In this document: in pieces, positions 7,462-19,196 of the stretch
How positions within the stretch are numbered: position 1 is the stretch's first letter
Layout: each line of letters begins with the position of its first letter
NCBI RefSeq assembly: GCF_006345805.1
Contig: NW_021823912.1
Location: 1 to 20,604, forward strand
Origin: Octopus sinensis
Taxonomy: Eukaryota
Reading direction: 5' to 3'
DNA: 20,604 bases
Position numbers and translations under genes: made by a program
Notes under the pieces: generated by a model
The model's input: only the letters and a program-made list of their open reading frames with translations
Database searches by the model: none
What the model was told of the DNA's origin: nothing

Positions 7462-7784
7462 GTGCCGTCAACACCGATCTTCTCCGTAACTGGCCGGGAA
7501 TGACCGGAAACTTCCTGCGAGTTATGTCCCGCATTCTGTTCAAGACCCCGGAACAAGGCTGCCAGACGATCGTCTACTGCGCCGTTGCCGACAAGGTCCG
7601 CGACCACGCCGGCAAGCTGTTCATCAACCACCAGGCCGTGAACTACGTGAAGAGGGTTCGCGACTGGGATATGGCCAGGCGCTTGTGGAACGTGAGCCTG
7701 CATCTGATTGGCTGCGACGACGAGATCGAACCGGAACAGGTCGAGGAAGCGATTCACGGCGCAGACACGGCGAAGCAAGAATGA
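7462..7784 (+). CDS. Terminal coding exon of the same SDR
   Basis: Pyrimidine tract and ttgcAG acceptor at 7460-7461. Phase 1 restores the HPG-AVNTDL motif, followed by KTPEQGCQTIVYCAVA...GKLF...ARRLWNVSLHLIG, typical of RDH11-14-like C-termini. Stop TGA at 7782-7784. Confidence 0.93.
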
Positions 7785-7820
7785 AGGAAAGGAAGGAAGG
7801 AACGGGTGAATTAAGTAAAT

Positions 7821-7825
7821 ATTAA

Positions 7826-7830
<5 letters not shown>
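7821..7830 (+). promoter_or_regulatory. Candidate polyadenylation signal (overlapping ATTAAA/AATAAA); alternatives at 8105-8110 and 8670-8675
   Basis: Hexamer match about 40 nt after the stop codon. The background is AT-rich, so the site actually used cannot be determined. Confidence 0.3.
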
Positions 7831-7862
<32 letters not shown>

Positions 7863-8164
7863 CAACAAAATAACAATAACAGCAAAAAAAGTAACAGTAA
7901 CGACAACAAACAATAACAACAAGGACAACGATAGCGATAACAACAACAATAACAATCATAAGGACGGCAGCAGCAGCAGCAGCAACAACAACAACAACAA
8001 CAACAACGACAACAGCACCAGCAGCAGCAACAACAATACGAACATCAGCAACAACAGCAAGTAAAAAGTCATAATGTTAATTTGGACTAAATTAAATCAA
8101 ACTCAATAAACAAGTATTTAATTAGATATTCAATTAAATTATTAAAAAAAAAGAAGAAATATAC

Positions 8165-8202
<38 letters not shown>

Positions 8203-8251
8203 CAACAACTAAAATATGAATAATTAAGCAAGGTTTTGGGAATCGGCATTG

Positions 8252-8292
<41 letters not shown>

Positions 8293-8570
8293 AATATATA
8301 TCTGTGTGTGTGTGTGTATACAAGATGTATAGGTGTGTGCGTTCGTATGTGACGTATGAGTGAGGACGCGAATTCAAACGGCGACGAGAGAAAAAGGAAA
8401 GAAAGAAAGAAAGGAAGACAGACTAAACAACAATAACAACAACAACAACAATAAGATGGATAAACAAAACAAAACAAAACCAAGAGCCGACAGCAAGGAT
8501 AACGACGGCGATGATGATGATGACGATGATGATGATGATGATGATGATGATGACGACGACGATGACAAAT
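7830..8570. repeat. Cluster of (CAA)n/(CAG)n, (TG)n/(TA)n and (GAT)n tracts downstream of the stop codon
   Basis: Seen directly in the sequence. Confidence 0.9.
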
Positions 8571-9404
8571 TCTATGACAATCACAATTGTAGCAAAAATC
8601 AAAATGAAAAAGAAAAAATTTCTAACGCAAGCGATATGGAGTGGGATGGGGGCGAAGAGGCACGCAGTGAATAAAGTGCCGTGACCACCAAAACTGAAAA
8701 AAAAATAAATAAAAACTAAACTAAAATGAAATCATTAGAACATCAACAAGAACAATGAAACGCAACAACAGCATTATCAACAACAAAAAGGCCTAAAAAA
8801 TTTACGCTATTTTTGTCACGCAACAGAAAAGGCACAAGTAAAAACAATAATAGCCACAAAAATAGGAAAAACCAACAAAAATCTAAGGATGTCAGTGAAA
8901 AAAATTTAAGGAAATTTTATTTATACCATATATCATTCCTTGGGAAAGAATAGTACGAAACTATTTTCGAAATATTTTAAATTCAACTCTGAACAATTCA
9001 TTGAAAGCAGACGATATATTGAAAAGATCGCGGCAGCCATTACTGCAAGCGCCATCATTACTGTCGTTCCAACAGTTACGTCACCGTCGCCTCCACTTCG
9101 TCGTAAAATACCAGCAATATTGCTGCGGCAGATGATGATAAAGATGGTGATGACGATGATGTTAGTGAACTTTAATTTGTTTTAAGTCATCACAGCCGAA
9201 AACTATGGTTGAATATCTTCACGATGATGAATGGTGAAAGACAACGAACAGCAGATTCATTACACCATTCCTACCGTCATCATCACCACCACCAGTACCA
9301 CCACCACCGCCACCATCACCACCACCACCACCACCACCACAACCGCCACCACCAGCACATCTATGGCGAATAGCAAAGCAAGGAAAGACTTTTATGCAGT
9401 CGTT

Positions 9405-9697
9405 GGACTTAGAAACAAGTCAGTTTCCCCCTCAAATCACGCACAAAACTGTCGACTTCAAAAAATTGAAAGGAGATACCGCTTAACGTGGTCTTACATA
9501 ATATATCTGTATTTTTGACGATAGATCCATTCCGATCAGATTCGATCTGGGACTAAACAACAAGAACTAGAATAGCAGCAGCAGCGACAACAGCAGCAAA
9601 AACAGCAACGGATAGACTATTTGTTGGTCGTTTGCGACCTGTTAGAAAGAGCAAATAAATCTCCTTCAAATCACACTCTACTTCTACCGTCTAAAAA

Positions 9698-9700
<3 letters not shown>
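9405..9700 (+). mobile_element. Two decayed fragments of repeat family D (about 9405-9565 and 9620-9700)
   Basis: CTCAAATCAC at 9431-9440, AAATCTCCTTCAAATCAC at 9657-9674, and terminal CTGGGACTAAACAACAA at 9547-9563, which resembles 12515-12538. Confidence 0.45.
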
Positions 9701-9756
<56 letters not shown>

Positions 9757-9760
9757 TTAT
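9700..9760. repeat. (CTA)n microsatellite
   Basis: Seen directly in the sequence. Confidence 0.95.
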
Positions 9761-9978
9761 AAAGTGTTGCTACTGTAATACGTGAATGATTGAAACAAGA
9801 GTTTTTAAGTTCATCCTGCAAAGGATTATTGAACTTGGGGACAATGTGACACCAGTTTCAATTCCAAGATAAAGCCGTTTATACTTCTTTTACTTTTACG
9901 CTACCGATTAGATTTAAAAAAACATGCCCATTACAAAATAGTATTACTTCTTCTTCTTTTCTTCTTTTCTTCTTACAT

Positions 9979-10040
<62 letters not shown>

Positions 10041-10080
10041 ATATATATATACATATGTATGTATGTACGTATGTATATTG

Positions 10081-10240
10081 GCTTTCGCACAGTTTCTGTC
10101 TACGAAATTCCTTCACAGGGCATTGATCTGCTTGGGGCTATAGTTGAACGCACTTGCTCAAAGGTGCCGTGTTGTGAGACTGAACCTGAAACTACTGGCT
10201 GTAAAGCAAACTTCTTAACCGCACGGCCATACCTGCGTCT
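10081..10240 (-). mobile_element. Diverged head of SINE family B next to a (TA)n tract (about 9980-10075)
   Basis: The reverse complement reads GCAGGTATGGCCGTGCGGTTAAG...GGTTCAGTCTCAC...GGCACCTTTGAGCAAGTG, collinear with 2046-2210. Confidence 0.75.
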
Positions 10241-10404
10241 ATTTATTTATATATTTATTTTTAACATTAACAATTGGGTGATGATGAAAATGGTGATGGT
10301 GATGGTGATGATAACGGTGGCGGTGATGTTGATTGTGGTTTTGGTGGTGGGTCAAAACCATGAAATATAAAACCCCATTTCTTCAAGGTTCGTCTTCGTC
10401 TTGC

Positions 10405-10500
10405 TGTTGTTGTTGTCTGTTTAACATAGGTTAGCTTGACGCTTATCGAACAAAGCAACAAAACCTATCTATGATCAAAGGCGTTCCAGCAATGTCATTA
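10405..10500 (-). mobile_element. Decayed 3' part of repeat family D
   Basis: The reverse complement contains GCTGGAACGCCTTTGATCATAG and ends in TTAAACAGACAACAACAAC. Confidence 0.5.
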
Positions 10501-10639
10501 CCCCCAACAGCACATTTTATTTTCAGATATAATACATAAAGGACTACATTACTCAATGTGCTACTCCCTCTAAAAACATGATGTGTGAATTCGAAGGAGG
10601 ATCAACTGCTATTTCTTGCAGTTCAAGCGATCACAAAGC

Positions 10640-11180
10640 GCCTTTGTTCAACTCCGTTTCAGCTGCCTGATATAAAAATTGCCATCGAAATTCTCAAAAA
10701 ATGCTTTAATAATTATCTAAAATTGCTCGCCAAGATCTCAGAAATCGCCTCCTTTTCCAAATCTCTGGATTTACTCCCAAAATCTTAGAATTTGTCTTCG
10801 AAAATCTTAAAAATCGTCTTCCATGTTTTTACGCAAATAGAGTTTCAAAAGTTGCGATCAAAGAATTCTGAAGAAGCCATGGACAATCTCAGAAACTGCC
10901 TTCAAAAATCTCAAAAGTTTATTTTAAAAAATACAAAAAGTTGCCTTTCTTATATTCACTTGAATTGCCTCCAGAAATCTCAAAAAGTTGTCTTAAAAGA
11001 TCTAAAGAGTTGCGTTCCTCACATTCACATAAATTACCTTCCAAAATTAAAAAAAAAAAATTGCGTTTAAAAAAATTCAAAAGTTGCCTTCTATATATTC
11101 ACAAAAATTGTCTTCCAGAATCTCAGAAGTTGCCTTAAAAAAAATTTTAAAGTTGCCTTAAAAAAATTTTTAATTTGCCT
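10640..11180 (+). repeat. Degenerate minisatellite: about 21-25-bp AGTTGCCTT-type monomers with a 69-bp higher-order period
   Basis: AA(C/T)T(G/A)CC(T) unit starts at 10894, 10963, 11032 and 11106 (spacing 69, 69, 74, the last with a poly-A expansion). Confidence 0.7.
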
Positions 11181-12344
11181 TGCAGTTCTGTAAAATTGCA
11201 AATTCTTAAATTTGTCTTGGATATTTCCATAAATTGTCTTTTAAAATACCATTAAAAAATTTTTACCAAATTTACAATTATAGCCTTAAGAATTTTCTTT
11301 TTCATGATTTTGAAATTCTTTGTTTTCGGTGTTTTTGTTTTAAGGAAGTATTCTTCAACATTCAAAATAACTTCAGCATTTAATTCTCGTTTGCTTATTA
11401 TTGTTTCCCGCGTTTATATCTTACAAGTGTTTTGAAGACTCACAATAAAAAGTAAACTACAATAACAAGCAAAAAAACCCCAACAAAACAACAAAACAAA
11501 AAACACGAAAAGAGCTTTGGAAAGAAAATAATGAAACAATCCCCACCCCCCCAAGTTTGTTTTAACGAACATTTACCAATCTTCTTAGATATATTTACCA
11601 ATCTCTTAGACATACACGCAATGATAAATAAATCAATAAAAAAATATAAATAAACGAAAAAATTCTCAATAATGCTTGTAGCTATCGAATGGTATAATTC
11701 CCTTTTCTCCTCACATCCACATAAACTACCCCTAAATCCTTTTGATTTTTCCAACGCTTACTGATTCTTTCTCCGTCACCATTTAAGGTGCCTATTGAAA
11801 CACACGCACACGAACACGCACACACGCACAAAAACACGCACACACATACAGCAACAGCAAGCGGAAATCCTATCACAACCTCTAAAGGAAAAAAATAAGA
11901 AGAATTTAACCATTTTAGTTTGTTTTCTCAACTGTTGAAAAATAAAAGAAAAAAGAAAACTTAAGCGTTTTAAGCCAACCAAATTCAAACTTGTCCTCCT
12001 AGCCAACACCATCCCATACAGAACTATCTAAGTCATGCAGTCGATATCCTCCTATCGAAGACACACATCACTTACACTTTTCTAGTCTCCGAGCTGAATT
12101 ATTAGCAATCCTTTAAAGGAATTTGACTTTTAACGAAACAAAGAAAGAAAACATTACAATTTCCCTACCGAATGCTTTCTGCTTAAACATAGCTTACGCT
12201 CAACAACCTCAAGTACAAACACTTACACGCTAACCAACACCAACACCACTGTCACCACCACCACCACAACAACAAATAACTACAGTAATATATGACGTAT
12301 TTCTATCTTCGTGTCAGATATGGGAGTATGTACATATTCGCTCG

Positions 12345-12540
12345 ATCAGCTAAAGATAACAATGAAATCTCCCTCGAAGAATAATACTCTAGACGCTCTT
12401 TAAGAATATAAAATGACACGTTGGATAATGTGATTTTAGCTTTGTTGTAGACAGGAAAAAGGGAAAGTATAGTCACCGCTGGAATGCCTTTGATAGTAGG
12501 TTCGAGGATCACACCTGAAGCTAAACAACAACAACAACTA
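12345..12540 (+). mobile_element. Decayed copy of repeat family D ending in (CAA)n
   Basis: AAATCTCCCTCGAA at 12365-12378, GCTGGAATGCCTTTGAT at 12478-12494, and CTGAAGCTAAACAACAACAAC at 12515-12535. Confidence 0.55.
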
Positions 12541-13385
12541 CGGCAACAACATCCTCTTCACTTGGACTGATTGGAACCACATGTAAATTCATTAACACAC
12601 ACGCACACACACTCATACACACACCACACACACAAAACCACAAAAACCTCCAAAAAGAAACAGAAACCACCGAACAAAAAAATTCAAAGACAAATAAAAA
12701 AAATAGACAGCTTGAAATCTGAAAGAAGAAAAAGAGTAATAAAATTGACCCCGAAGTTATTACCCTTGGGCCCTGTATTTTCAAGCTGTTGTTTCAATCA
12801 TCCTCCCTCCCCCTGCCTTCCTTCTTCCCTCCCTCTTCCTTTCAACACGCCCTCCCTCCCCTTCTTCTCTCATACCCTCCCCTCTTCCTCTTGCAAAAAT
12901 TGTGACGAAAGAGTAAAGAGAGAAACGAATACACCCCGCCAAAAAAAAACACACAAAAAAAACAAAAACAAAAAAAAAACCAAGGTAAGCGATCCGAAGA
13001 TTGTCCGTACGACGCGGTTTCGATTCCGCGATGTTTTGAGTGAAACCCGTTTTTCTTTGTTTTTTTTCTTCTCTTCTTCAATTATGATGTTAATCAATGC
13101 TCCCCACCCATTAAAAGAAAAAAAATACATATTCTCACTCCCCCTGTCTCCAAAACCATCCGCCTCCCATTCCCCGCCACGAATTTTCAATAGTTTTTTT
13201 TATTATTATTTATATTTGCATGGTTGAAAGAAAGAAATAAAGAAATAAAACAAAAAAATTAGTGTGATGCTAAATATTGTTGCTGCTTATTGTTGTTGTT
13301 GTTGCTATTGCATATCTTGCTGTTACTGCAGTTGTATTTTGAGTTTGATTGAAAAGAGATCAATTTCGTGGTTCATTCGGTTGCA

Positions 13386-14437
13386 TCATCATCATCATTG
13401 TTCGACCGTGGTCGAGACAATGGAATTTACCATGCTACGCCAGACTTCACGGTCCATCATGGCATTACGGAGGTCCTGTTGCTGGATGCCTGTATCCCTG
13501 GAGATTACATCAGGGTAGGAGAGTGTGCGCCCTCTGGTATTGCGAGTAGATGGCTTCCAGAGGAGAAGAGTAGAAATTACCTCTTTTTCAGCTCTACAAC
13601 AATGTCCAGCAAACTGGACTCTCCTACCTTTCACAAGAGATGACACAGGTGGTAGTTTCCCATATATTTGCATTTTGGTTGGATGGCGCCTCCACGAGAG
13701 ATTTTGAGCTCTCATAAGGAGGCGAGTGTAGGTTCCATCCAACCGCCTCTCAAGCTACTTTGATAACGTCCAGGTTTCTGAGCCATATAGTAGAATTGGT
13801 TCGACTGTGGCTTTGAAGATTTCAAGTTTGAAGTCTCTACTTAGATTTGATGACCAGATCTTATGCATGTCATTACAGGCTGACCAGGCCATACCCTTTC
13901 TAGTTAGAAAGTCTTTTCAGATGATGATATGTATGATCCAAGATATTTGTAATCAGAACCATATTTAAGGGCGCATTGTTGAGAGTATGGATGATGCAAT
14001 CACTGTTGGACAGGCACTTGTTTATGCATTCAGTTTTGGCCTCATTGAGGTAAAGACCTACACAATTTGAGGCTTGTTCAAGAGATGTAAAAGAGACTGG
14101 CATTGGAGAGAGAATCACTGATAAGAGCGATGTCGTCAGCAAAGTCAGTGTCTGTCAAGTACTCAGCTGGTGTCTGGAACTTCTTCTTGGTTTTATTTCA
14201 AAGCCCTTGCCAGAGATGGTATCAACTGACATACGTAGCACATAATCAACAACAATGATGAAAAGAAATGGGGCGAGTGTGTCTCCCTGCAGTATTCCGG
14301 CTTTGATTGAGAAAGATGATGTTTCTCCGTCAGGGGTTAAGATGGTTGAAGACGTATCTGTGTAGAGGACCTTGATGGCAGAAATGATTTTGTCTGGTAT
14401 CCCATAGAGCTTAAGGATTTCAAACATCTTGTACCTA
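13386..14437 (-). mobile_element. 5'-truncated, inactivated RTE-superfamily LINE (RT domains 3-7 plus C-terminus) with (TGA)n tail and 13-bp TSD
   Basis: Translation: DRYKMFEIL..YGIP...GILQGDTLAPFLFIIVVDY.../TDFADDIAL.../YKYLGSYI/...LLYGSETWTL...FAGHCCRA...DREVWR. At least 4 frameshifts and one internal stop. TSD TCATTCGGTTGCA at 13373-13385 and 14438-14450. Confidence 0.93.
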
Positions 14438-14559
14438 TCATTCGGTTGCACTACGTCAAACGAGTGAACGGAGGAGAAATAAAAGGTACGACTGGAGTAA
14501 CAGTACGTTACTCCCGGTTTCAAATCCTGAGCAGATTGACAATACGCTTTCTCTCTCTC

Positions 14560-14595
14560 TTTCACACACACACACACACGCATACACACACATAC

Positions 14596-14635
<40 letters not shown>

Positions 14636-14758
14636 GTGGAGCTAACCAACGGCAGCATTCGTCCTATTTTTCCGGACTGCCATGTTAGCTTGGCGATAAC
14701 TATCAATACCCAATACTGCTGCCGTAGTCTCCTTTAGAGAGATTTAGAAATAATAATG

Positions 14759-14827
<69 letters not shown>

Positions 14828-14848
14828 TATAGTAATAATAATAATAAT

Positions 14849-14888
<40 letters not shown>

Positions 14889-14927
14889 GCACCAATATGT
14901 GTGTGTTATAGCGTTACTATTGCAAAA

Positions 14928-14960
<33 letters not shown>
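14560..14960. repeat. (CA)n, (AAT)n and (TA)n microsatellites
   Basis: Seen directly in the sequence. Confidence 0.9.
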
Positions 14961-14967
<7 letters not shown>

Positions 14968-15158
14968 ACACATGCATATATATATTATATATACTGCATA
15001 TTACGCACACATACGAACACACACACACATACTTTGATTAAAGACATCCTTGACCTGAAGAGTAGCCTGCAGTATATACCTCGCTTGGACATTTACCACT
15101 TCTGACGTTGCGCCCGCTATGAAACACATGTAACCCGGATCTTATCTGCTCCATTCCT

Positions 15159-15192
<34 letters not shown>

Positions 15193-15534
15193 AACAGGTG
15201 TGTATCTCGAAATTATGCAATAAAAACTGCTCTATCATGTAAAGATTATCAGTACTACATAACGTATTTATGTTGTTTAAACAGCAGAAATATTTATTTT
15301 TCACCCGGGGTACGTATAATATTAAAAAAAAACACAATATACTTGAGGGATAGATGAAAGAAAATCGCCGCAGAGGTAATCATGAGAGCGACAGGTACGT
15401 ATTTTGCTGTAGTTGCTTTCCTTCACACCATTGCTACCAAGTAGGTAGTTGATTAAAATATATTCTAAATTAAAAAGAGGAAGAGAGCATATATACATAC
15501 ATACATATTTGAATACATACAGACGCACACACAC

Positions 15535-15548
15535 AGTATATATATATA

Positions 15549-15608
<60 letters not shown>

Positions 15609-16620
15609 GATTACATACATACAGGCACAAATGAAAACATACATGCATACATGACTACATACATACATGCATGCTTAGATACATACATACATACATACAC
15701 ACATAAATACATATATACATAAAAACATACATACATACATAAAAACATACATAAAAACATACATACATACATACATAAAAACATACAAACATACATACAA
15801 ACATACATACATACATACATACAAACATACATGCACACACATGCACACATACATACCTACATACATACATACATAAAAACATACAAACATACATACATAC
15901 ATACACACATACAAACATACATACAAACATACGTGCATACATGCATACATACATACAAACATACATACATACATACATACATACATGCATACAAACATAC
16001 ATACATACACACACACATACATACATACAAACATACATACATACATACATACACACACACATACATACATACATACATACATACACACACACATACATAC
16101 ATACATACATACATACATACATAAATACATACATACATACATACATACATACATACATACATAAATACATACATACATACATACATACACACACACATAC
16201 ATACATACATACATACATACATACATACATACATACATAAATATACATACATACATACATACATACACACACACATACCACATACATACATACATAACAC
16301 ACACTACCATACATACATAACATACATACATACATTAAATACATACATACATACATACATACATACATACTACATACATAAATACATACATACATACATA
16401 CATACACACACACATACATACATACATACATACATACATACATACATACATACACACACACATACATACATACATACATACATACATAAATACATACATA
16501 CAAACATACATAAATACATACATACAAACATACATATATGCATGAATACATGCATACATCAATACATACATACATACGTGAATACATATATACACAATAC
16601 ATGCGTTCATATATACAAGC
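15535..16620. repeat. (TA)n followed by an imperfect (TACA)n tract of about 1 kb
   Basis: Seen directly; this tract is the source of the MYVC/HTYI pseudo-ORFs. Confidence 0.97.
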
Positions 16621-16784
16621 GTAGTATTTCTTACGCAATCAAATCCTTTTTTAGTTCTCTAGATTTATCCTAACTCTCCACTGAGACGTTTTGTGAGTCA
16701 CTTACTCCCACAATTTCACTGGAAATATCATTCGCATTTTACAGTGTGCGCACGCACGCACGCGCGCGCGCGCACACACACACA

Positions 16785-16833
<49 letters not shown>

Positions 16834-16954
16834 CACCCTCTTACACACACACACATACACCCACCCACACAAGATGTTGTAATAAGGAAGTCAAACCAAA
16901 TATTTTGAAAGTATTTTATGCGTACATTTCAGATTTGCATAATATCGTTGTCTT

Positions 16955-17556
16955 TTTTCTTTACTACCCACAAGGGGTTAAACATAGAGAGGACAAATAA
17001 GGACAAACAAATGGATTAAGTCGATTACATCGACCCCAGTGCGTAACTGGTACTTAATTCATCGACCCCGAAAGGATGAAAGGCAAAGTCGACCTCGGCG
17101 GGTTTTGAACTCACAATGTAACGACAGACGAAATACCTATTTCTTTACTACCCACAAGGGGCTAAACACAGAGAGGACAAACAAGGACAGACAAAGGTAT
17201 TAAGTCGATAATATCGACCCCAGTGCGTAACTGGTACTTATTTAATCGACCCCGAAAGGATGAAAGGCAAAGTCGACCTCGGCGGAATTTGAACTTAGAA
17301 CGTAACGGCAGACAAAATACCTATTTCTTTATTACCCACAAGGGGCTAAATACAGAGGGGACAAACGAGGACAGACAAAGGGATTAAGTCGATTACATCA
17401 ACCCCAGTGCGTAACTGGTACTTATTTAATCGACCCCGAAAGGATGAAAGGCAAAGTCGACCTCGGTGGAATTTGAACTTACAACGTAAAGACAGACGAA
17501 ATACCGCTAAGCATTTCGCCCGGCGTGCTAACGATTCTGCCAGCTCGTTGCCTTAT
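16955..17556 (-). mobile_element. SINE family A trimer (one head plus three bodies, 184-bp period) with a putative 14-bp TSD
   Basis: AAATACC junction motif at 17131, 17315 and 17499. Head only at 17506-17556. ATTTGCATAATATC at 16933-16946 and 17562-17575. Confidence 0.92.
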
Positions 17557-17700
17557 AATATATTTGCATAATATCTTTCTGTCTGCCTTTCTATACTGTG
17601 CAGGCCCCAGGGCGTCGTCTATCAGAACTCTAGGTCAAGCAACAGCATTCTGAATCAGGTGGTACATAAATACACGCTTTGGCTCCGCCTCCAAGGGTTT

Positions 17701-18039
17701 CTTATGCCTGGCACTTATTCTGTCAGACTCTTTTGCCAAACAGCTAAGTCACCCAGATTTAAGCAAACCAATACAGGTTGTCATGCGATAGTGGTGGCGC
17801 AGGATGGAGACAGAGACAAAGGCACACAGACACAAATACATAAATAATACATACATACATACATACATACATACATACATACATACATACATACATACAT
17901 ACACATACATACATACATACACACACACATACATACATACATACATACATACACACACATACATACATACATACACATACACACACATACATACATACAT
18001 ACACACACATACATACATACATACATACACACACACACA

Positions 18040-18073
<34 letters not shown>

Positions 18074-18523
18074 CATACATACAACACATACATACATACA
18101 TACATACATAACACAAACATACATACATACATACATACATACATACATACATACACACACATACATACACACACACACATACATACACACACATACATAC
18201 ATACATATATACATATACATACATACACACACATACATACATACATACACACACATACATACATACACACACATACATACACACACATACATACATACAT
18301 ACACACACATACATACACACATACATACATACATACATACATACACACATATACATACATACATACATACATTTCTTCTAGTAACCGTCTTCCAGATCCA
18401 TTCACATGATTCTGCTCGGCCTGAGGCTGTAGATGAAGCGGCTTACCCATGGTGCCATGCAGTGGGACAGAAACCGTGACCATGTAGTTGGGAACCAAGC
18501 CTCTTACCACACAGCCACGCCTG
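17701..18523 (-). mobile_element. Diverged SINE family B copy whose internal microsatellite has expanded to about 535 bp of (TACA/CA)n
   Basis: Head at 18373-18523 and body at 17701-17835 are each collinear with 2046-2490 and flank the repeat at about 17838-18371. Confidence 0.75.
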
Positions 18524-18588
18524 GAGTGGGGATATGTCCATATGTCTGTATGTCTGTGTTACTGGCAGACATAGGCACACACCAAACA

Positions 18589-18589
<1 letters not shown>

Positions 18590-18675
<86 letters not shown>

Positions 18676-18801
18676 ATGTCTGTCTGTCTGTCTCTCTGTC
18701 TGTCTGTTTGTCTGTCTCTGTCTGTCTCACTCTCTCCTTTTCTTTCCTCATTCTCTCTCTCTTTCTCACTGTTTCTCCCAATACATACATACATACATAC
18801 A

Positions 18802-18833
<32 letters not shown>

Positions 18834-18900
18834 CTACATACATACATACATACAGACATATATATTATATATATATATATATACTATATATATATATATA
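18590..18900. repeat. Compound (TATC)n-(TGTC)n-(TC)n-(TACA)n-(TA)n microsatellite
   Basis: Seen directly in the sequence. Confidence 0.95.
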
Positions 18901-18904
18901 CTCT

Positions 18905-19132
18905 TTTTTTTCTGTTTCTACTTGTTTCGTCATTTTTTGAACTGCGGCCATGCTGGGCGCACCGCCTTTAATCGAGCAACACGATCCCCGGACTTATCCT
19001 TTGTAAGCCCAGTACTTATTTTATCGGTCTCTTTTGCCGAACCGCAAAGTGACGGGGACATAAACACACCAGCATCGGTTGCAAGCAATGCTAGGGGGAC
19101 AAACACAGACACACAGACATACACGCATATAT

Positions 19133-19196
<64 letters not shown>

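Noticed and set aside
7443-7955. 170-aa antisense ORF over the last exon
   Set aside because: Explained by the high GC3 of the sense exon plus (TTG)n repeats.
12571-13227. 218-aa ORF
   Set aside because: Low-complexity (CA)n, poly-A and pyrimidine tracts; no motif or splice support.
13386-13450. RTE LINE as the visible partner of the SINEs
   Set aside because: Its 3' end shows no similarity to the 3' ends of SINE families A, B, C1 or C2 in this window.
15611-16638. Long ORFs of 147-327 aa (MYVC / HTYI repeats)
   Set aside because: These are translations of (TACA)n, which lacks stops in several frames.
16955-17556. CRISPR-like or satellite array
   Set aside because: The units are SINE bodies with no unique spacers, in a eukaryotic context.
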